Shown here piece after piece: positions 27,863 through 29,463 of a DNA stretch of 29,463 nt. The DNA lies in the IMG/VR virus record IMGVR_UViG_3300025018_000436, positions 1-29,463 of that record; one strand, given 5' to 3'. The notes under the pieces were generated by a model, which had not been told where the DNA came from, made no database searches, and saw only the letters and a program-made list of their open reading frames with translations. Within the stretch, counting starts at the first letter, position 1, and every line of letters starts with the position of its first letter. The translations under genes were made by a program, and so were the position numbers. Origin of the DNA: a virus. Taxonomy: Duplodnaviria > Caudoviricetes.

Positions 27863-27887
27863 CATTGTGTTATAAATATGTTATGAT
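27859..27887 (+). promoter_or_regulatory. Sigma70-type promoter P3
   Basis: TTGACA-17 nt-TATGAT with TG extension; ATG 8 nt later. Confidence 0.75.
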
Positions 27888-27895
27888 TTTATTAT

Positions 27896-28096
27896 ATGAT
27901 AGATGCTCAAGAACTAGCAACAACAAAGCAAGTCCGAAAGCTAGTAGTACTCATGGACATTCATATGATAGACCGTAAAAAATTTAAAAAGAGACTCGGA
28001 ATTGTAAGCACAAAAGAACTAACAAAAGATGCTATTTCAGGGCTTATAGATCATTACGAAAATTTACCAATTACTACCATAAATAAAAAAATATGA
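27896..28096 (+). CDS. Small helical hypothetical protein
   Basis: 66 aa; 'ATTKQV...ELTKDAISGLID'; ATGA overlap with the next gene. Confidence 0.6.
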   Translation: MIDAQELATTKQVRKLVVLMDIHMIDRKKFKKRLGIVSTKELTKDAISGLIDHYENLPITTINKKI

Positions 28097-28767
28097 ATAA
28101 TATTGATTGGTCCACGCACAAATTCCACTGCTCGGGTCTTCCTAGACTTATGACTAATAGCCGGAGTAAGAGCGATATATTATCTGAAACCGCAAAGTCT
28201 TATCTTCGCGAGATATATATTCAAGAGGTATTTGGCCGAACTAAAATTGAAATGATTGGAAATAAGTACACCAAAAAGGGTATTGAATGCGAGACTGATA
28301 GTATTGAACTTGTTGAGCGTGTTACTGGAAATAAATACTTTAAAAATAATATAGAGATTGAGAATGATTACGTTATAGGAACGCCGGACATAATCAAACC
28401 AAATCTTATTGATATTAAAACGTCATGGGATTTGCATACTTTTGCTGCGGTCGATGAGAAAAAGGCTCTTAAGGATTATTTTTGGCAGCTTATTGGATAT
28501 ATGTGGATGACAGGAGAGAAAGATTCAACACTTATTTATTGTCTAGTTAACACACCGGAAGATTTAATCAGCCACGCTCTATATCAACTCTCGTTCAACA
28601 TACCGGAGGAATTGACAGATCAATATAGAAATAACTTTATTTTTGACGATATCGAAGAGAGCAAAAGAGTAAAATCGTATAGTATAAAATGGGAAGACGA
28701 ATACGAGGTACAGTTGCGCGAACGTATTGACGCAGCTAGAAATTATTTATTAACAATTGAACTTTAA
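28093..28767 (+). CDS. YqaJ/lambda-exonuclease-like PD-(D/E)xK nuclease
   Basis: 'KGIECE', 'GTPDII', 'IDIKTSW', 'YFWQLIGYMWMTG'; likely RecT partner. Confidence 0.85.
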   Translation: MNNIDWSTHKFHCSGLPRLMTNSRSKSDILSETAKSYLREIYIQEVFGRTKIEMIGNKYTKKGIECETDSIELVERVTGNKYFKNNIEIENDYVIGTPDIIKPNLIDIKTSWDLHTFAAVDEKKALKDYFWQLIGYMWMTGEKDSTLIYCLVNTPEDLISHALYQLSFNIPEELTDQYRNNFIFDDIEESKRVKSYSIKWEDEYEVQLRERIDAARNYLLTIEL

Positions 28768-28963
28768 ATTTAATATGAAATTTATAACAAAGAGAGAATT
28801 AGCAAGAAAAAAAAGGGAAAAGATGTTGAAAGCAATGTATATAGACGTTACTACTAAAAAACTTGGATGGTCAAAGCTTGCCGAAAAATACGACTATACA
28901 ATTGGATCGGTAAAAACTATTTATTATGACGAGGTGGTTCCATTTATAAAGAATGATAAATAA
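28757..28963 (+). CDS. Small HTH-like protein
   Basis: 'WSKLAEKYDYTIGSVKTIY' helix-turn-helix pattern; start may be 28775. Confidence 0.6.
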   Translation: MNFKFNMKFITKRELARKKREKMLKAMYIDVTTKKLGWSKLAEKYDYTIGSVKTIYYDEVVPFIKNDK

Positions 28964-28995
28964 TTTATAAATTATGTTGAATTAATTAAAATTCT

Positions 28996-29325
28996 ATGAC
29001 AACTCAAGAAGATAAAATCTTAAAAGCATTAAAGAATAATCCGTCCGGATTACACCCTACTTACTTTATACAAGACCTATTTATTTATCAATATAATGCT
29101 CGTATCAATGGATTAAGGGAGCGGTTTGGCTGCACTCATAAAAATGGCAACAACTACTGTAATGCTACTGAACACATCGTCAACACAAGGCTGAAAAATG
29201 GCACAACGTTATTTACTTATGAAAATAAAAAGATGAAGCGTGAAAGTGCGGTTATGACCAATTATCTGAAAGAATATCAAGAGAAAAAAAATGAGCCCGA
29301 TTACAAATTAGGATTATTTATATGA
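28996..29325 (+). CDS. Winged-HTH-like phage protein
   Basis: 'TQEDKILKALK...NARINGLR' pattern common in small phage HTH proteins. Confidence 0.55.
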   Translation: MTTQEDKILKALKNNPSGLHPTYFIQDLFIYQYNARINGLRERFGCTHKNGNNYCNATEHIVNTRLKNGTTLFTYENKKMKRESAVMTNYLKEYQEKKNEPDYKLGLFI

Positions 29326-29429
29326 AAAAACTAAAGCAAATGTTCTACTGGTTTGATGTACCATTTATGATCGGGTTTGGATTATGTGTGTTAATGATAT
29401 CAATTATTCGTTATATGTTTTTTGAATAA
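29322..29429 (+). CDS. Single-pass membrane microprotein (35 aa), not in ORF track
   Basis: MKKLKQMFYWFDVPFMIGFGLCVLMISIIRYMFFE; ATGA overlap with the previous gene. Confidence 0.55.
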   Translation: MKKLKQMFYWFDVPFMIGFGLCVLMISIIRYMFFE

Positions 29430-29463
29430 CTATGACACCTATTCAGATATTACTAATTGTATT

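Overview
The window is a segment of a tailed dsDNA phage genome with a short-tailed (podovirus-like) gene set, read in standard code 11. It has two divergent halves separated by an AT-rich control region (22410-22558). The minus strand (22409 to 23) is the virion module: probable head-tail adaptor, portal, nozzle-like protein, tail spike/needle, two probable ejection proteins, a 1884-aa polyvalent protein (GNAT, zeta-toxin-like kinase and LPD38-like segments), TerS, TerL, small proteins, scaffold, major capsid, decoration, collagen-like and glycine-rich fibre proteins. The plus strand (22559 to end) is the early/replication module: small ORFs, a membrane-anchored 3D-domain protein, a lambda-O-like initiator containing its iteron origin, RecT, a broken DEDDh exonuclease, a coiled-coil protein, a YqaJ-like exonuclease and HTH proteins. 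Sigma70-type promoters, several apparently leaderless genes and few Shine-Dalgarno sites suggest (inference only) a Patescibacteria/CPR-type host. The most notable observations are: (1) four packaging/head-completion proteins share a basic...x-G-L C-terminus; (2) a three-way attenuator-like RNA switch precedes scaffold and capsid; (3) a rearranged zeta kinase and a cassette-like GNAT lie in the giant virion protein; (4) an unlisted antisense two-helix membrane microprotein follows that gene; (5) an 11-bp-periodic GTTAT repeat occurs in three early promoters. All family calls come from motif recognition by eye, not from database searches.
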